A DNA stretch of 64,000 nucleotides from Cystobasidiomycetes sp. EMM_F5. Lineage: Eukaryota. Below are positions 45,981 to 60,304 of this stretch, piece by piece. The notes below the pieces were generated by a model. The model was not told where the DNA came from and did not search any database. It worked only from the letters and a program-made list of their open reading frames with translations. The stretch covers positions 1 through 64,000 of the forward strand of contig JBPGPT010000005.1 of the NCBI GenBank assembly GCA_051047955.1. Reading direction: 5' to 3'. Position 1 is the first letter of the stretch, and the number at the start of each line of letters is the position of its first letter. The position numbers were made by a program, and so were the translations under genes.

Positions 45981-47414
45981 ATGACAGTCCGCAAAGCTAC
46001 GCACGCAGTGAGAAGGGTGTAGTATATCGTGTGCGAGATTCTTGGCTGACTCCGTTTGTCGGTAGGGCTCTTGGTACTCGAGCTCATGTACGCCGGCTAA
46101 TCGGACATCCTAACGAGAGCTTATCACTGATTGGGCATTCACTGATTATTTAGCGTCGAAGCTCGACAAGGAGCTTGATACATGGCTGGAAGCAGTTTAT
46201 GCCCCAAGTCCGAGCGCGCTAGACGAAACTGACCAAATCACAGCATATCCTGTAGAGGGGACAAAAGCCATCATTGCGCCGTATGCTGCGCATCTATCAT
46301 AACGTTCGCATGGTCTTACATATTGCAAGACTAGGCACGCCGGCTACTCCTACTCTGGACCGCCCGCAGCTTGGGCGTACAAATGTATAGACTCGAAAAC
46401 TGTGTATGTCTGGTTGATTTAACGCAGGGGATTCCTTGCCTGACTTGAAATCGTGCTGCCTCAAGCAAACGTGTGTTCATACTCGGCCCATCACACCATG
46501 CTTACCTCGATGGCTGCGCAACGACAGGCTGTACAGCCTACGCAACACCAATAGGTGATTTGCCTGTTGACATCGAGAGTGAGTGTGATACAAGGCACAT
46601 GGATACACTCCTAAACACTGCCTCAGCTGTTCAGGAGCTTGTCGGTTCTGGAGAGTTTACCACTATGAGTCGTAATGTCGATGAGGCAGAACACAGTATC
46701 GAAGTAGGTCAGGGAGTCGCCGCTTCTTTAGCGTTTTCGCCAATGCGCGACCTTTCAGATGCACCTGCCATATGTTCGCAAGATCTTCCAAGAGTAAGCG
46801 TGTCCTATTCGATCAAAACGTCCTGAGTTCTGATGGCCGTTCTGTTCTCTGCCTTTTTCAGCCAAGCCATACGTATCGTGCCCATACTGGTGGGATCTAT
46901 CAGCACATCATCAGAAGCTCGGTTCGGGAGTTTACTGGCTCCTTATCTGCAAGATCCCGAAACTATCTTTGTTGTGTCATCTGATTTCTGCCACTGGGGT
47001 ACACGCTTTCGCTACACGTACTATCAGCCACCGGACGGTAGCGAAGCCTTCAACCTGTCTAGAAGCACACCGCCTGCAACGGAGTACCCTATTTACAAAT
47101 CTATCACGGCTGTCGATAAAGAAGGCATGTCGCATATCGCGCTAGATCCGTCCAATACGTCGAAAGATGCGGCAAATGCACACGCCAACTTTGCCAGCTA
47201 TCTCAAGAGTACCAAGAATACTATTTGCGGGCGACATCCTATTGGCGTGCTCCTAGGTGCTGTCGCAGCTCTGCAGAAAGCCGGCACCCCAGGCTGGGAT
47301 AATCAACAAGTCGAGATCAAATGGACGTGCTATGAGCAGAGTAGTGAATGTATGGATTTGTCAGACTCGAGTGTCAGCTACGCTAGTGCCTACCTCAAGG
47401 CTGGTCCGTACTAG
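45981..47414 (+). CDS. MEMO1/Mho1 family protein
   Basis: [62 protein letters not shown] and DSSVSYAS. Confidence 0.95.
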
Positions 47415-47708
47415 CGGAGAAATCTGATAGTGACATTTCACCGCAAGGAAGAGAGACAGACACGCGTAAGTAAGGGAAATGAAACGAACGGGTTTCGAGA
47501 CGAAAAGTCGTCCTTTGACTTGGAATCCCTATACCGCGTGTAGTTTTCGACCAAATCAGCCCCACGTGCCGTCTATCGCGCCTTAACCATGATCAGAGCT
47601 GTACACACACTCAGACGCAGCTGTCAAGCCTCTTGTCGCATACATCACCACGACTTCTGTCCATCGCCTCTGAGCATGTGAACGTGAAGTCTTGCCGGTT
47701 CGTCAGAC

Positions 47709-50098
47709 ATGTCGGCAGGTGTGTCGCGGCTTTATGCACGATGATTGCACTGATGATTGATCCATGGAATAGCTGGTGTCTATATATGGCAGGGTAGGCA
47801 GTGCATTCTCGAGTCCGCTAAGTAGTCGGCTAAGCTGATCAGGTGCTGGTGATCTTGCAGGTGTCAAGGTATGGCCGAATCGCGAATAAATAGTCTATCG
47901 CTTCTGACTGGATACATACTCGCAGCCATGTCTGAAAATGCTACTGACCATTATATGCGGCTTCGCGCTGGCAAAGAAGGGTCTCTTCCCTCCATTGGCT
48001 TCCAAGGGCTTTTCGCAGATCGTCATGAACGTTGGACTGCCATGTCTGCTATTCAGTAGCATGGTCTCGTCGTTCAATGACACCAACATATCAAACTTTG
48101 GGCCACTAGCGCTCATCGCTGTCGTCTATCAGATTCTCGGCTTTTCGATAATGGTAGTCATCAGGTTCGTTGCGCTTGATGAGCAAGAATTGCTCAGCTG
48201 ATGACGTGCATCAGAGAACTCGTCTACGTGCCGCCTGACTTTCAATGGGTGCGTCCAGCATAAACTGTTTAGCGAGCGACTCTCACTTCTTTTCTCTTAC
48301 AGGGCGTGCTCATGCTTGGACTCAACTCGAATTGGGCAAGTTTGTGAGGGCTCAAACTTCCTGCAGGTGACAACATGCGCTGAAAATGATGTTTGGTTTC
48401 GGCTACCAGACCCACCGCAATCGTTCAGTCTGTTGCCAATGAGGCGCCTTTCAACGCCGCATCGGATCCACAGCTGGGCATTGCATGTAAGATTCTGTCA
48501 ATTCTGCAATAAGAGCTAACCGCTTAGTACTGAAATCTGAATGCAGACATTGCCGTTCCGATCCTCATGATGAACGTAAGACTCGAATGTCTGAAACAGT
48601 ATATCCCCACAGCGCTGACAGGATTGTGATATCACAGATCGTTTTCTATGGCTCCGGTATATACAAAGTACGTCGAAGTCTGGTGTCGGCGACATGTACA
48701 TGATTAATGCAAGCATCAGGTTTGTGGATGGGATTTGCGAGAAGGCCGTCGAGATGTTCCCCGCACTCTGGCCGGGCGTATTGGAAGACGGATAGATAAA
48801 TGGAGACGTCTCCATCGGTGCATCTCGCGAAAGTGCCGGAATAGCGTTGTCGATGCGGATCCTATAACAAGTGTTGATGCAGCACTGCCAATCAAAGGCC
48901 AAGATGCAGCACTGCCAGTAAAGGGCCAAGAAAGAATCGACGTGCCTCTGTACGCACATGCGGAAGTGCCGCGCGACCAAGATTCGGTCATCAATATTGC
49001 TCTGGCTGAAGAAAGAATTCCAAGAGGCGGACCGTATCTGCAACCTCACATTCCCGTCCATTCGAAAACAAATCTCAGCGCAGATGAGGAAAATCAGTAT
49101 GCCCGCATGCACACCTTCGCACAGTCAACCGTCACGCAGACTCGTTCAGATACGTCGCTTTCGCCGAACTCAACTCTGATGCGAGCAATCTATTCAGCTG
49201 TCAAGAGTCTCCTCACCCCTATAACGCTGGGTGTCATTTTGTCTCTACCTTTTGCCCTAGCATCGCCTCTCAAGGCTCTCCTGGTGAATGTACCCGGCTG
49301 GACAGATGTGAAAATTCCAAATGCGCCGGATGGCAAACCGCCTCTTTCCTTCTTCTATGATGTAAGTGTTCAAGCGCACAACACCACGGCCACTCAGCTA
49401 ACATTGTCTTTAGTTCACTTCTTTCGTTGGCGGACTGACACTCCCGTCTGCATAATTTACTTATCCATCTTGGCCTCTGCTGATTTCTCGATTGCAGCGG
49501 TACTCTCATCCTCCTTGGCGCTTCATTCGCTCGTCTGAGCATGAATCGAGAGCGCATCAAGCAGATGCCAGTGAGCGCCATAATTGTACGTGAGGCTTCA
49601 TTTCTACTTCTAGCATAGTACGGTACTAACGGTTTCAAATCAGGCTGTGACCATCGGGAAACTGTTTCTGATGCCGATATTCGGTATATTGATTGTCACG
49701 CGTTTCCGCATCAGTACATCTTTATTCCCTACAGATCAGAAGAGTGAGGCATTCATTCCATGCTGATGACACATGCAGGCTTACTCGTGTCTGGCAAAAG
49801 TGCTTTCTTTTGTAGCTTTTCTGCTTAGTGGCACGCCAAGCGCAGTCAATCAACTAGCCACGACTGCTATCTTTGCGAAAGATGGTCAACCACTAGACAC
49901 CCTGGCTGCCTTTTTCCTGGCGCAATGTGGGTTCAAGCTTGCCGACCACGTCTTGCTATTGCGATTAACGTCCAGCCTTAGACTCGCTTTTGATCTTCCA
50001 AACATCGTGAGCTGTTGAATTCTGTCTTCACAGACATGCTGACGATTCTCTGCTTCAGCGCCTTGACAGCGATATCATTATGGCTGATAAATAAATGA
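47709..50098 (+). CDS. Auxin-efflux-carrier/PILS-like membrane transport protein, copy 1
   Basis: Micro-exon 5' end (MSAAGVYIWQGVKP), NVGLPCLLFSSMV, SPLKALLV, PNAPDGKPPLSFFYD, ILLGASFARL and TPSAVNQ. Stop TGA at 50096-50098. Confidence 0.85.
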
Positions 50099-50389
50099 AA
50101 CGCTAGGCCCAACCAAAAAAAAAGTCGTATAAAGAATGCTAGGGATTTCATGCTTAACATATCCACACAGCTAGATCAACTCTACTGGAGTATTTGCTCT
50201 TTTCCATAAGTTACGGTGTGCCTGCATGCTCGTCCGCCATAGCCGGGACGTCGATCGAGTCTTTGCCGACCCTACTCGGCTTTTTCAAAACGCTCTGGTA
50301 GGCTTCTGGGTTTCCTTGCTCTCCTCCCTTGGAAGACTCTTACACCTCCGCCAATCTGATATCTTTGCCTGCGGCCACGCGCTGCCAGC

Positions 50390-52933
50390 ATGTCGGCAGG
50401 TACGTTTCGCTAAATAAGCTGCGGCTAGCGATAAAGATTTGCCACCGCATTGATGAAGTCGATACTTCTTACAATGAGCAAGATGAGCTGACTGTGCGAC
50501 TACCTTGGTAGCCGGGGAGTATATTTGGCAAGGTGAAGCTCAAAGGATGCCTACTGATTCGTAGTACATGCTGACGCTCTGTGATAGGTCTAAAGGTTTG
50601 TCATAGCCGAGACTGTTCTAGGCCATATTGCTAATGTGGGACATGACACAGCCATGTCTAAAGATGCTCATGACGATCATGTGCGGATACGCCCTCACCA
50701 AGAAGGGTCTGTTCCCGCCGGCAGCTTCGAAGGGCTTAAGTCAGGTCACTATGAATATCGGCCTACCATCACTCCTGTTCAGCAGTATGGTTTCATCATT
50801 CAACGAATCCAACATCAGCAATTTCGGTCCGCTATGTCTCGTGGCCATAATTTTCCAGCTACTAGGGTTTTTGATGGTGCTTGTCATCAGGTGGGCTAAT
50901 AGATACAATCTGCGTCTATCCTTGCTTACCGTACGTCTTATCAGAGAATTGCTATATGTGCCAGCCGATTTCCAGTGGGTCAGTCGATTGTGTTTTTGAG
51001 TATGTTCGTCTTGCGCAATGCTGACCCCGCTGTAGGGTGTGCTGATGTTGGGCTTGATCTCGAATTGGGGCAATCTGTAAGTAGCGGCTCCAGCAATGTC
51101 ATTCATATGACAGCTGAGATTATAAATGTCAGACCAACAGCAGTTGTGCAATCCGTTGCTACTGAATCGCCTTTCAACCCGGCAACGGACCCGCAGCTGG
51201 GCATCGCCTGTGAGCCCAGAGGAAGACGGTCTTACTCATGACTAATAACAAACTCACAACAGATATTGCCATCTTCATCTTGATTATGAATGTCCGTATC
51301 ATTTCAGACATATTTGGTTCTTTCATGCTAAATTACGCAACGTATAGATTACGTTTTACGGTTCTGGTCTGTACCGGGTAGGCCAGCACATCTCTTCTGC
51401 AGTTGTCGGGAGATTGAAGCCAGCTTTAGGTATGTGGCTGGGATTTGCGCGATGATCGCGAAGAAGTACCGCGCACACTTGCCGGCCGTGTAGAGCGAAG
51501 GAAGAAGCAATGGAAACAGTTCATGACCTGGTTGTCGCGGAAACGTCACGGTAGTAGCGGTACTATCAACCACAGGGAAATCAAAGACAAGACTATGATC
51601 GCGCCAGAAGCCGTGCCAGACAAATTGGAGGACGCCCCGGATACGGATGTGTTCTCCCAGCCTGGTGAACAGTCACTTCCATCTTTGGGCAAGCGAGTCA
51701 CATATAGAGACATGGAGAGACCTGGATTTTCCGCATTGGAGGCGCGGCGCAGCCGTCGCAAAGAAGGCGAAGCCTTCTCTACAGGCTTCGGAGGACCGTC
51801 TGGTCAGCCTTTAGTCGATTTGGCAGGCCCACTTCGGAGAACGCCCAGCGCACGCTCCCGGCAGGATGGTATCTCTGTGGCTGAGAACGTGCGGGTTTCC
51901 GAGGATGGCGATTGTAATCATGTCTCAGGCGAGCATCATTGCGATGACGATAACGATGACGACCACCATCCTTCGAAGCAGACTTGGCGTAGGACTATTT
52001 TAAAGTCAATTTCGGGGTTGACCACGCCAATAACGCTCGGCGTCATACTGTCCCTGCCGATGGCTCTTGTCCTACCACTCAAAGCTTTGTTCGTATCGGT
52101 ACCCGGATGGACCGGAACGCGCATGCCAAACGCACCCGACGGCAAACCGCCTCTATCCTTCTTTTACGATGTCAGTGCCATAAAATTGGATGGACGATTA
52201 GCTAACGTCGTAGTTTTGCAGTTCACTGTATTCGTTGGAGGAATGACAATTCCGTTAGTCAGCGTACTGCAGGTTTCGGGATGCGGCTCTAATTTGCTGT
52301 TTTTCAGCGGCGGTCTAATACTGCTCGGGGCTTCTTTTGCTCGGTTGAAGCTAAGCCGAGAACGGATTAAGCAGATGCCAATACCCGCCATCTGTGTCAG
52401 TACATCGCGCAATTATCAATGCGAAACATCTAACCTCTATTTCCAATTTTTTCCTTGTTGTTGAAGGCTGTAACTTTCGTCAAGCTGTTAGTGATGCCAG
52501 TCATTGGCATCCTGATAATCCTTGGGTTCCGTAGAGGTACAAACCTCTTTCCGCTCGACCAAAAAAGTAGGATTTATCGCCAGTCCTCTTCTAGCCAGTT
52601 GCTAAGACTGCCAAAACAGTGCTCTCCTTTGTTTCCTTTCAATTGGCTGGTACACCCAGCGCAGTCAATCAGATAGTCATAACGGCATTGTTCGTGAAAG
52701 AAGGCCAATCTCCCGATACGTTGGCGGCTTTTCTGTTGCTACAATGTAAGAGGCTCAAATTATAGCGAACCGAAGAGCAGCTGACACAGACTTCTCGTAG
52801 ACGCCTTCCTGATCATCCAATCATCGTAAGTTCGACGATCAATAGCGTCTGTTTTTTTTTTTGCTGAGATGGCCGTATATCCGCATCATTTAGCGCTCTC
52901 ACTGCGGTCTCCCTGTGGCTAATCAGCGAATAA
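50390..52933 (+). CDS. Auxin-efflux-carrier/PILS-like membrane transport protein, copy 2
   Basis: Same exon layout as copy 1, with NIGLPSLLFSSMV, SNWGNLP, PNAPDGKPPLSFFYD, LILLGASFARL and TPSAVNQ. Stop TAA at 52931-52933. Confidence 0.85.
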
Positions 52934-53452
52934 CGTTCGGTACACAATGACCCGCTAGAGTCCACAGTGGGGAGACCAGCACGAGGCCCGTACACATGCG
53001 TTCTCAGGACACGCAATCTGGAATGATCGTGCGCAACGCAGCATCGCAAGGGAGCGTGGACGTATCCGCGGATGCCAACACGTATGGCGCGCTATTGGGC
53101 TATTGGCGACAAAGACGAAGCTGTTTGACGTGCTTATCAGTCGTCGGATATGGCCTTTCGCCAATCTAGTTTGCCGCCGGTGCACCGCTTAACGAAGCAT
53201 ATACTACATCCAGTTGCCTGAAGAATATTCACGAGGAGGAATAACTGCAACAGGATACAGCGTAGCAGGAGCGTGTGTGCGGGCCCACGCTAAAATCGCA
53301 GTATGTAGCATAGTCTGACCTGTTTAGAACATGTAAATGTTAGATTATCTTGTGGATTTGCGTATATTACAATTGCAGTTGATGCTAATTATGCGTTATG
53401 CGGTTGTTTACGAGAGTCTAGTATGCTTTGCGACCAGCACTGTATTATCGGA

Positions 53453-55747
53453 CTAGACACGACCGAGTAACCTGATCTCCAGAGCCCGGAATGGAATGTA
53501 ACATGCTCCCGCGACTACGAATGCTAATTCGAAAGCGATATCACCTGTCGTCTCGGCGACCGGACCAGTGTACCAAATTTGCGACATGCAGGGTACAATC
53601 ACACCGACAGAACATAATCCTGCGGCAATGGCAGCAATACCCTGAAATATGGCCACGTCAGTAATATTTCAGGAGCAGCGAGGGATGTTTGCCATCTCAG
53701 ACTGACCGTAGGCAATTCCCGCATCTTGTTCCAGGACGAGTGCTTGTACGCGGCTGGGTCACGCCGCCGAAAGACAATGTACTCGATGAGCACGATTGCA
53801 ACATACGCAGAAGACCAGTATCCAATGACTATTGTTAAGGAGGTACCGCACGTCAGTGATGTGCGCAACAAGGTACAGCCGTTTCCGAACTTACTGCCTA
53901 GAAAGTTTATCAAGGCATCGTAAAAGTTTGTAGCGGCCACAATGGAAATAGGTATGATGGCGGCAGTCGCTACAACTGAGAATACGTAACGGGGAAGCCT
54001 TCGAGCGGGTGGAATGAGGACTTGACAATTCAGCGTCAATGCGTAAAAGGTCCCAGCCTGTGTTCGAGCAGTCTCAGCATAGTTTTAGGCCATGCTAGCG
54101 AAATGCCTCACGATGTTGCCCACGACCGAAAGCGCCAACAGGACGGCGACGAATTTGCCAAACCCTTTCGCTGGCTCGAGCATCGCCACAATTATACCAC
54201 CGACGTGGTTCTGCTCATCTCTGCAAGTGTAGAGGCGAGACTTAGACAGCACTTCTGTGTAACGGCGAGCTGGACTTACGCAAGAGTCCACGAATCTACA
54301 TTTGGCACAGCAGCTCCGATGGCCGCGCCGACAATCATGAGCGGGATGGTGGGAAGCAGCAGGCCAAAGAACGTGTAGGCAAAGATTCTCTTGCTGTAAA
54401 GATGCACGGCCCCATCAGTCTACGTTGTCAGTAGACTTCGTCTTTTCACTCGCCTCGACACATCGGGACGAATATAGATGAAGAAATCGGAGGCCATGCC
54501 GGCGTACGGCAGCATGTAGCCCGCGATGAGCGCGCCAAATGACAAGACGACTGGTAGTGTTGACATTAGCTCGATACGTGGAAGATGAATGCTTGGACAA
54601 AGTGTATTCACCAGGAGCAGTAGCAGGTTCTGCGTCCGCTTGATTACTGAAGTTTTTACCACCGACGCCGACAAGGATGATGAGACATATCAGAGCAGGT
54701 ATCCAGGAATACGCCTCGTATCTAAACCAAATGTAAAAAAATGTATGTCAGTTGCCGCAGATCTTCAAAATTTACGAACGTACATGTGTAAGACGCGGTA
54801 GCCGCAAAAGGAGACAGCTAAGCTGATGACGCACACAACGACGATTCCGGCACTGTAATGCGACGAGTGAGAGTTTGTTCAAAGTCTGAATTCCACCCTT
54901 ATTCTTACGCAGGCGTCAAATCCGTTCCGGATACGCCGGCTAGCGTTTGCGCTCCCAAAATTGCATTTATTACGCAGTAACCTAAGGTCAAGAGGTAGCG
55001 GTCGAAATTTATTCAGCAGCGCGTTCTTCAAAGCGATAGGGAGAACAGCTTACCTCCCATCGTTGCTATGTTTAATATGACGGGAAGCGAGACGCCAATC
55101 ATACCGAAGGCGTACCGCGCTTGGACCATCTGACGAAGACCAGTCTTGGGACCGAGTGTGGACCTGTAGGAAGACGAATGTGTTAGAATTGGGATTATGG
55201 AATGCAATCGTCTACATACATGTATGCGACGGGCAATGCCGTTAGAATATTGAAGAAGATTATGGTGAGGGATGCATCTCGCAGACTCATGCCGTAGCCA
55301 TAGCTTACTGAATTTCGCAACATTGTCAGCTATAAACCGTCTTCTCGAAACTCATGCAATCCTACAGGTTCCTAGAATTCCGGTGGACACTCTGCAAAGT
55401 GCACATCACATTTAGTAACCGTCTCTCTGGCAGAATGACTGCAGAATGACCTACGGAATGATTCCAATGTTCATTGCCATCCACATAGTCGCTACCTTGA
55501 GCGAGCGGGTATCTGTCCGCTCATGCTCAGGAATAGGTTGTACTCCGACTTCCTCTATGCCAATTTTCAGCAGTCTCCGAGTGAAGCTGTTTGAGAGTAT
55601 GGAAGCCCTTGAATCGAGGTCTGATTCGATTTCAGCATCATATTTCGCCTGCTTGTCGAAGTGATCCTGAGGTCCGTCTTCAATATCGGTTCGCCCGGGG
55701 TGACTCGCCAAGTGTGGGATGTCTTGCACTCTGGCAGGCTCAGCCAT
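53453..55747 (-). CDS. NCS1 purine-cytosine permease family transporter (Fcy2/Tpn1-like)
   Basis: IEEVGVQPIPEHER, LGPKTGLRQMVQARYAFG, NAILGAQTL, SFCGYRVLH, GFGKFVAVLLALSVVGN, IGYWSSAYVAI and MSQIWYTGP. Confidence 0.92.
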
Positions 55748-56197
55748 GGTTCGCCTTAGCCAACAGCCGATGAAAGATGAGTTTGCAGCAGGAATCCAGC
55801 TCAAATCCAGCAGATCCAAAGGACAGCTTCGCCGGACATTTGCCATGCAATTGCAGAATTAGTTGCCACCGCGTAAAGTGGTTGTTTCGGTAGCGGTACA
55901 CAGAGTACAGCGTAGGGCTTTAGCTGTTAGAACGTTAATATGTCCACGAACAGCAAATAACACGACAGCCTGTCACGAAAACGATGGCAGCTTACGTTTG
56001 CTACGTAGCAACCGCGACATGCAAAGATATTGAAGCTCGCAAAGATGGCCCGTAAAGTGCAGCGACAAGGGCAACAGTTGACTGAATAAGTGGACGAGTG
56101 AAATACTCGCCGTGGTTGGGCATCCCTTCAAGAGCTGCAGTGCTTCCTGCTGTTTTCGGCTGCAATCCAACTTGGCTACAACCGACAGACTGTGACA

Positions 56198-57169
56198 ATG
56201 TCGGCTGCAATGGCCAGCTACATTGTCGACAGAGTGCGCGCCGATATCCGCTTCCTTGCTGCACAAGGTGTCCTCAGTCGCGAGGCCGAAGATGCGGTAC
56301 TGCGTAGTCTAGAGACGGCAAACGTTTCACAATCTGCAGAGTTACCGAAGGCTGCTGGATCCACGGGCTCTGGCAAGGTACCCTCACTCTCCTCGCAATT
56401 CAAGGCTTCGCATATCATTAGTGCTCCCAAACCTCCTACGCTTCCAGGTCGGACACCGCCACCCTTGCTACCGCAGTCCCAACAACAAATCGTAGATGGA
56501 CGTGAGCGAGTACGAGCATTGTGGTCATATGCGGGAGGGTGAGTACATACTGTGGTGAGGTCAACAGCTTGACATGCTGACCTATATTGTCGCCATAAAT
56601 AGCCAGGACGATGACCTGACTTTCCAGAAAGGCGATATCATAGTCATTGGTAGCCTTGCGCATTCTCCGTTCCTTTCCGGGCTGCTGATACACTGTCCTA
56701 TTTCTCAGAATCGCGCGAAAACGAACACTGGTGCAAAGGCTTTATACAGGGCGATGCGCAGGAGCGGACAGGACTCTTCCCATCCAATGTAAGCAAAGCC
56801 CGTAGAGTAATGCAATATACTCCGACTGACATAGTATTCAAATAGCACGTCGAAACAATACCGTTGCCAAGTGCCCCGCTCGCTCCCCGCAATGTTGCGC
56901 CGACGATTCAGGCGCATTACGCATCTGACCCAGAGAAGCAAGCTCTGCAGTCGTATCAAGGCGGATACAATGCTCAACCCGTCCATCACTCGAGTCTGGC
57001 GCCGCAGCCGTACGACAGCACTGCGCCGCAGGACGTCAATCAAGCTGGCCAAAAGAAGAATTTCCTCAAGACACCCATGGGCAACACCCTCTCGCATGCA
57101 TTTGTAGGAGGAGCAGGGTTCGGTGTCGGTAGTGCATTGACAGGGGAAGCCATCCGTGCCATCTTCTGA
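56198..57169 (+). CDS. SH3-domain protein, Lsb1/Pin3-like
   Basis: SH3 core VRALWSY...DDLTFQKGDII...HWCKG...GLFPSN, a Pro-rich linker and the C-terminal GNTLSHAFVGGAGFGVGS...AIF motif. Confidence 0.8.
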
Positions 57170-57443
57170 CATTTCGCAATTTCGCCCTCGGTATCTTCAG
57201 TCTCAGCGCAGTTGTATCGTTGTTGTTACATCAGACTGCGTGACTGGCATACCATGATATAATCATTCTTTCGCGCTCATGACTTGGATTTTGGTCGTTC
57301 AGCTTTCGCCACCTGTGATCATTTCGAAGGTCGTCGAAGCAGTCCACTTGATTGACTTGGACCAGACCAACAGCATCTGCCTGTCAACCCATAACGCCCT
57401 ACACCTCACAACCACTTCAAACGCATTCTCTATCCAATTAACC

Positions 57444-58226
57444 ATGTCTGGCTCGTACGTCTTCTCGTAGTTTCGCCAGCGTCATCTGCTGGTTGAAGTG
57501 ATGGCAACGGCTGGGATACAAACAGCAGCTGATTCCTTAACCGCCTGCAGCGTCGTAGACTGGGACAGCAAGACTGTCATTGGCAGCAAAGCCCGCGCTA
57601 CCACCAAATCTGCAAGCGAAAAGGAAGTCAACGCCGCGAGGCGGACAGGAGCAGCTGTAGAGACTGACCGCAAGAGCGGAGTTGGCAACCGAAGTCATGC
57701 AGACCCGAACCATCAGAGAATAGCCGCTGTTGACCGGTGCGTAGGCTGCTCAAAAGACAGAATGATTCATGGGCTGATATCGTCTATATCGCTTAATAGC
57801 AAGGATGATGTAGCGCCACCTGCGACAGTTTCACCCGACGTTGGGAAAGCAATGCAGAAGGCGAGGCTAGATCTCGGATTGACACAGAAGGACTTGGCAG
57901 GGAAGACGAACGAGAAGGTACGTTTTACACCCGCAAGCTTACGAGTAAGAGCTGTACTCACCAAAAAATGGCTTGTTCTATCTACGTACAGCCGACTGTT
58001 ATTGGAGTAAGCATGACATCTGCTTACAGAGTATGACAGCAACTAACGTCTGCTGTCATTACAGGACTATGAAGCAGGAAGAGCGATACCGGCTGCGCAA
58101 GTGTTGGCAAAGTTCGAGCGGATATTAAAGGTCAAACTCAGAGGCAAGGACATTGGCTCACCGTTCCTCACACCATCTGAGAAGAAGGCTCAAGAAGCGG
58201 GTCAGAAGGCCTCAGCTGCCAAGTAA
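57444..58226 (+). CDS. MBF1: Multiprotein bridging factor 1
   Basis: [17 protein letters not shown] and the [29 protein letters not shown], then [14 protein letters not shown]. Includes a 15-nt micro-exon at 57992-58006. Confidence 0.95.
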
Positions 58227-58478
58227 TTGTTCTAGTGTTTGGATCTGAGATTAACCATGGCTTCCGGCCTGGGTGTCCGGACGAATCTCGCCGGCGCTCG
58301 CCGACACCCTGTAGCGTACTTATCGAGCGCGCGAGTAAGATGAATGAACGCAAGCGCAGTTGACAACCTATGTTACATCCCAATCGTTAGTCATGCTAGT
58401 CATACTAACGGAGATGCCTCTTGCATTTCATCCACCCCACAACACCCAACTGCACTACTCTGACTTGACTCATACTGC

Positions 58479-60304
58479 TCAGATAGGCGGCATACTGGCA
58501 TAGTCCTCACGTTGAGCCCCCTCATATTCGTCAATGACGCTCTGTACCGCCTCCTTGCTCTCATCGAACTCCGACAGGTCGTTTTTGAACATGTCTTCCT
58601 TTCTGTACGCATCGAGGTACGCATTTCGTTTCCGCATGCGTTCGTACATGTCGAGTGTCTTCTTGAAGAGCCCTGCCATACCGGTATGATTGGCAATCAT
58701 GACGCCAGACACTTTGTTGGCGGAATGCACATAGGGCGATCGTTTTGTCAAGGCGACTTGTATGCTGGCAGGACCCCATGGTATGAATGGCGCGAGACGC
58801 CGCTCTCGTATCCGTAAGAGCGATTTGTGAACTTCGGATGGATCGATAGGATCCGAGAGGGACGAAGAAATGATGTTCATTATCGAGATGTAGCATGGCT
58901 GATGCAGGCGAGATACCGACGCAGCCGATACGGTCGCTAATCGATTCTTTGGTTGTAAAAGTCTCATCATCACGTCCAGGACTGTCGTTTTTCGGACGTG
59001 CGAGTTAGCTGCGGCTGCTACAGCGGCGCTGGCGGACGACGCGGAAGTCAGATGACTGTTATTATGAAACGGAGTGTACGCAGTCATGAGGAAGTGACAG
59101 CGCGGAGTAGGTATGAGGGAAGCTAGCATCGAGACCAGATCGTTGTTTGTATATCCTGGATACCGAAGCGTTTGCGTAGAGGCCGACATGACAGTCGAGA
59201 CGAGCTGATTCGTCTGTTTCATGCTCACGCCTACACCGCCATAGGTATCGTCGTTCTCATCTGTCCCCGCACCTCCGGTTGCCGCGAGTGGGGATCCGGT
59301 AGACGCTTGCCGTCTGTTCATAATACCAGCCGAGACTCCTTTTCCGCGATCTGCTGCGATTCGCGCTAAAGCGGCATTGTCCAGGACCACCGTCGAGTCA
59401 GCGTGGTTGATTAGACGCTTTAGAGTCAGGACAGAGTTGTACGGCTGGACTACCACGTCGGCGACCTAGACAGCGATGTAGTCAGTCGGCTTGTCAGCTT
59501 ACTATGGAAACTGGGCCCTATTCCTCACCTGATTGTTAGGAAACACCGAATATGTCTGTATGAGTTTTTTCGGATACCTATCATTGAGTCGCTCCAATAG
59601 GTAAGAGCCGACACCGCTGCCAGTACCGCCGGCGATAGAGTGAAGGAGCATGAAGGCTTCGAGAGAGTCTGACCCTTCCGCTTCACGATCAAGCATCTCC
59701 ATTACGTCTTCGTATATTCGCTCGCCCATTGACCATCCCATTCCCCAATTATTCGCCGCACCTGACCCTTCCTTTGATAGGTAGATGTTTTCGGGATTGT
59801 ACAGCGCCGAGAAGGGCGAAGTGAGGATGTTGTTGATGACTCGCGGTTCAAGATCTACTAGAATTGCGCGCGGTATATAGTGGTCATTGTCTGACTGATA
59901 GAAGAATACATCTTTGCGGTCGGTAAAGGGCGCGCGATGCTGTATTGACGCTGTAGAGGAGGACGAAGACGGGTTGAATGGAGTTGTAGGTGATCTGACA
60001 TTGTTTGCATTCGACGTGACTCTGTCTAGACTGGATGTCCCTTGTCCGCCAGCGTATTCTTCGAGCGTTCCCTGCTCGTTAATTCCATGTTCGGCGCACA
60101 GCTGGGACCAGAACTCGCTTCCGACTGTATGCGCGTTCGTATCAGCTGATGATGCTGTCGCGCTGCCGCTCCACTCTTGCTCTTACGCACTCTGATTCCC
60201 GCATTGCCCGACCTTGTTTACGCGACAAACAGCGTGAGTGTCGCGTTATGCGATAAACAATAGCCAATGCAACAGACCTGGAGCGTTATGATCTCTCGAG
60301 GCAT
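58479..60304 (-). CDS. TUB4: Gamma-tubulin with large loop insertions
   Basis: [63 protein letters not shown] and [11 protein letters not shown]. The 3' end may include one further intron. Confidence 0.96.

Noticed and set aside
55748..56197. Possible TPP riboswitch upstream of the NCS1 permease
   Set aside because: The CTGAGA and downstream aptamer core motifs were not found on the transcribed strand.
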